Source of the DNA: Macrostomum lignano
Lineage: Eukaryota
Assembly: GCA_002269645.1 (NCBI GenBank)
Contig: NIVC01002285.1
Coordinates: forward strand, 62,001-126,000
DNA: 64,000 nt
Direction of reading: 5' to 3'
Shown: positions 60,100 through 64,000 of the stretch, one piece after another
Layout of the letters: each line of letters opens with the position of its first letter
How positions within the stretch are numbered: position 1 is the stretch's first letter
Made by a program: the position numbers and the translations under genes
The notes under the pieces: generated by a model
Seen by the model: only the letters and a program-made list of their open reading frames with translations
Told to the model about the DNA's origin: nothing
The model's database searches: none

Positions 60100-63090
60100 G
60101 CTGGACACCCTTGGTCTCAGGAAACGCCATAATTCCGGACTTAATTAGAAATACAGTGTTATACCGCTCGGGCATTCACCAGAGATTTCTAGGAAATCAA
60201 GTAAATTCTAAGAACGAACAAGCAAAACTCTGGGACGACTTAGTGACAGGAGTGGGATATACTCGTTTAAAAGAAAGCAGTCAACCCCGAGTACACGATC
60301 TGATGATGAGAACATTCGGATTGACGGACGCTGAGAAAGCTCGAATTCTACCAGCGTTCCTGCAGCCAGATGCACTGAAAACTTGCGACACGTAGAACAA
60401 CCGGAAAACATCAGAAACGACTAACACTGTTTAGCGACTAAACGACTAACGACTAACACAGCTAACACAAACTTTAATGACGACCTAAGACACGAAAACC
60501 GACAACGGCCAGGCTGCGCAAGCGCAACTCTGGACATGCAGGATGGCACACGATGAAGATGTCAATAATTTCATAACTGACATTCGACGATTGGTGGAAA
60601 ACGCGGTGTACCAAGAGGCTGCATCAGAAGGAGAAGAAGGAGCGGAAAATAGAAGGGCACGAATAGCCAGAAACCAGCAGATTTTGCAAGATGCGCTGAT
60701 CTAGACGGTCAAACAGAATGCATTACCGGGACTGCGACGTCACCTGATGTCCAAGATAATAAGAGCAACAGAGGATTTGCTGAAGTTTGCACTATGGCAA
60801 TCTATGAAAGAGTATGATGAAGAGGAAAACATTAAGCGTCAACTCATCGCTGTAGTCGAAAAATGAGAACTGAACGTCAAAAGTTAGAAGAGACGCTAAC
60901 AACGTTGAATGCGAAAGAAGACAATGCTGGAATCACATGTCAGTGGTGCGACAGAACACAAGGAATCCGATTGCCGAAAGCTGAAGAACGAACAGCAACC
61001 ACTGGAGCCACTGTACCAACAAAGCCACGGCCGACAACAGGTCCGATGTGACAAGTGCAAGAAGTTTGGTCACACCGCAAAAACCTGTCGCAGCGACAAG
61101 ATATGCTTCAACTGCAACAAGATGGGACACAGTGCGCAACTGTCGAGCGCCCAAACAACAAGAGCAACAAGACAAAGCGTTTACCAAGCGGATTTTGAAG
61201 GACAGCCGTTTTGACGGAAGAACCAAAAATCCAAAAACCCATCCAGGGTACGCCGAGTAAACCAGAAATCGCTAGACAAGAGAAAGTAAGTACAACGGAA
61301 CCGACCGAGAAAACCCAGTGGACAGAACCCACTCTGGAAGAACGCCGAGAGCGAAGTAAAAGACTGAACAAAAAAGTAGTCTATGTCGCGTTAGAGGAGA
61401 CCAAAAAACTACGGATTCTGGAACTGGACGAACGAAAAGAAGCCGTAATGCAGGACCTGGTCAAGCCAACAGGCACGACGATTAAGTCACAGGAGACGCA
61501 AACGTCAAACGAGGTGGCGATTCCAAATGGACAAAAAACGGAACCATTTTACCTACGTCAGTTCGAGGAGAGATGTACACGCACACATCATGACGATGAT
61601 CTGTTGTTTCACAAAGTTTGCAATGGCACGAGCCGTACCAGACTTGACAGCACAGACAACAGCTACGACATTGTCCGAGACATTCAGGATATTTGGTATA
61701 CCTAGAGAAGTGACAACAGACAACGGACGGAAATTTACAGCGAAACTGTTGGAGGAAGCTTTCGCACTGATGGCAGTCAAACACATACTGTGTTCATATA
61801 CTCACCGAGGAGTAACTTTATGGAACGATTACATTCAACACTCGAGAAATCACCAGAAACAATCTGTAGCACAGGAAGCACTGTAGAGATTTCCAAAATA
61901 CAGTGCAAAGTAAACTACTATAAGTAGTAACGTAAAAATGCGAAAAAAAAACTCGAAAGCTTAAAATTCCAAATTGTCACACTCTTTTTTTAAGACCACG
62001 AAAGCAACAAATGATCATCTTTTGCAACATTTAAATTTAGAACTCTGAATATGGTACGAGTATTTGATGCTCAAATCTAGTGTATTCTAAAGGGTCTAAT
62101 TTTTAAAACGCAAAACTGTCAACTACTAAAAATAAGCAGTTTTCCGCAAGATTTTCCCATAAATACAAGCCAAAATCCGAGCTAAAAATCTCAGACTCGG
62201 AGCAGCCTCAAAACACCTTGGGCATACTGCAGAAGCTAATCGAGGCTACATATCTGAGGGAGAAGCAAACCAATTGGTGAGCCTTTGTTCGAGCTTTTGT
62301 TATTTGGATTACTGAGAGCGATTTTATTGCCGGCCGTTATTGATCAGTTGATTTAACTGAGTTCATTGAATTTGAGGCCTCACATTTTCCTAAGGGATTG
62401 GATAGGATCTGTGGACCGATTCCGATACCCTTAGAGGATTATTGATTTATTGATTTGGATTATCCTAGAGTAACCGATAGGAGCAAACCACTCCGATTCC
62501 GTTATTTCTAGAAGAAGACGCCCTTTTTGGAGGACCTCGTTATTGTTATAGAAAGTTGACTTTGTTATTAGGGCGCATCGTTGATATTGCTTTTTGAATC
62601 TGAGGCCTATATTGATTTCTGCATTCGAGGAATACTGCGACGTCAACGGATTTAATTGTTACGCTGTCACCTTCGGCCGATTTTAGACTTCAAGAAGACT
62701 ACCCCGGGAGGAACAGCTCTACAGACACGCGCGACAAAGAAGAGGAGCCCGCAACAGTAAGTGATCACTAAATTTTGTTCCCAGGCTTAGGGTCTGGAAG
62801 TGGGAGTCTTCGGGTGACTGATCACCACCCGATCAAACTCTTCAGCACAAAACCGAACGCACAAACAAACTAGCTCGTAACAAGGGGCGACAGCAAACGA
62901 CTCTACAAGTAGGTGACAGAGTCAAGAATACAAAACCACTAAGAACTGCAAAACATCAACCACGATTCTCGGGACCGTATAGAGTGATTCGGAAATTCAA
63001 CGAAACGAATGCGGCCATTCGATCGGATGACAAGAACAAGGAACCAATCCGGGTACACGTCACTACATATCGCGCCAAAAGTGGTTGATT
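60100..63090 (+). mobile_element. Decayed Gypsy/Ty3 LTR retrotransposon: gag with two CCHC knuckles, integrase core and GPY tail; protease/RT/RH not seen
   Basis: Gag CDKCKKFGHTAKTC and CFNCNKMGHSAQ (61040-61140). Integrase FQMD...MICCFTKFA...FGIPREVTTDNGRKF, frameshifted to YSPRSNFMERLHSTL (61520-61850). C-terminal LQVGDRV...KHQPRFSGPYRVI (62822-63088). Confidence 0.88.
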
Positions 63091-64000
63091 TTCAGATGTT
63101 TTGACGCAAAAAACGCAAATTATACTACTATCTGAAAATGAAGTAAGTAGTATACAAAAACGCTATCCTAAGCGTGATATGGCAATATGTAGTCGTAATA
63201 ATCCATGTGCTCATATATGTACATTAATTCCATGTACATTAATCCCTATCTATCTCAAATTGGATATGTACATTAATTCCATGTACATTAATCCATATCT
63301 CAAATGTCCATGTCTATCCCCAATTCTATATGTACACTTACATTAATCTACAGTGTCATCCCCAGACGTCCCGCGCGCACCAACATTACATGTACAATGC
63401 TACATGTACACAGAGGTGAGAATTACTAATCTCATCTACTACCAAATGAGTCAACTAACCGTGTAGCGTACATCATGTATAAGTATTTACAATGGAGATA
63501 TATTTACATTTAATCAGTAGCATATTACAGGAATCAAGACATGTACACCATCACCAGCAAATAGAATATACAGAAAATTTTACATTGTTTTTCAATAATT
63601 TTCTCTTCATAAATGATTTTAAACAGGTTTGACATGCAAAATATGTACAATAGATTTTTACATTGGCAATTTCGCCACACGCAATGCAAAAATGTTTTAT
63701 GTACATTGAAATATATACAGCAAATAGATTCTGATAAATACAGCAGTATTACAATGCAAATTATGTACAATAAATAGATTTTACTAATTTAATATTGCAA
63801 AATGTACATTGAATCGTCAGTTATAATTGGATTACATTATTTATAGCCATAAGGCCTGCTGCAGGCCCCGTACACACGTTTTGTCAGGACGCGCTGAAAC
63901 GTCTTGTCCATATTGATCGTGTGTATGGTACAAGACGCCTTGTCGCGCCTGAACTGAAACTGCGGCAGTTTCAGGGAGCCGCCGTGTAGCAGGGCATTGC

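Overview
Eukaryotic (metazoan invertebrate) genomic window. GC-rich spliced exons alternate with AT-rich intergenic DNA, and almost every long intron is filled with its own minisatellite. This architecture resembles a Macrostomum-type flatworm genome, which is an inference only. I can model nine protein-coding genes with consistent GT-AG splice phases: a DUF4743-Nudix hydrolase, SLU7, a compact Eco1/ESCO cohesin acetyltransferase, a highly diverged ankyrin-TRP channel-like protein, a minimal bZIP, a Fos/ATF3-like bZIP, THYN1 (EVE domain), a peptide-type class A GPCR and CFAP53. Mobile DNA includes an intact hAT-type MITE with an 8-bp TSD, decayed Penelope (GIY-YIG), LINE (RNase H plus CCHC), Merlin/IS1595-like and Gypsy elements, and two tRNA-derived SINE-like copies. 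There are about 27 tandem arrays. The most notable observations are: (1) same-period, reverse-complementary minisatellites on both sides of exon 2 of the splicing factor SLU7, a circRNA or exon-skipping architecture; (2) a TRP-like protein that appears to lack the pore loop; (3) intronic minisatellites built from splice-site sequences; (4) a tandem Fos-like plus mini-bZIP pair with AP-1 sites and a possible frameshift; (5) an operon-like Nudix-SLU7-ECO1 cluster with splice acceptors just before each ATG. All gene models and family calls come from reading motifs by eye; no database searches were run.
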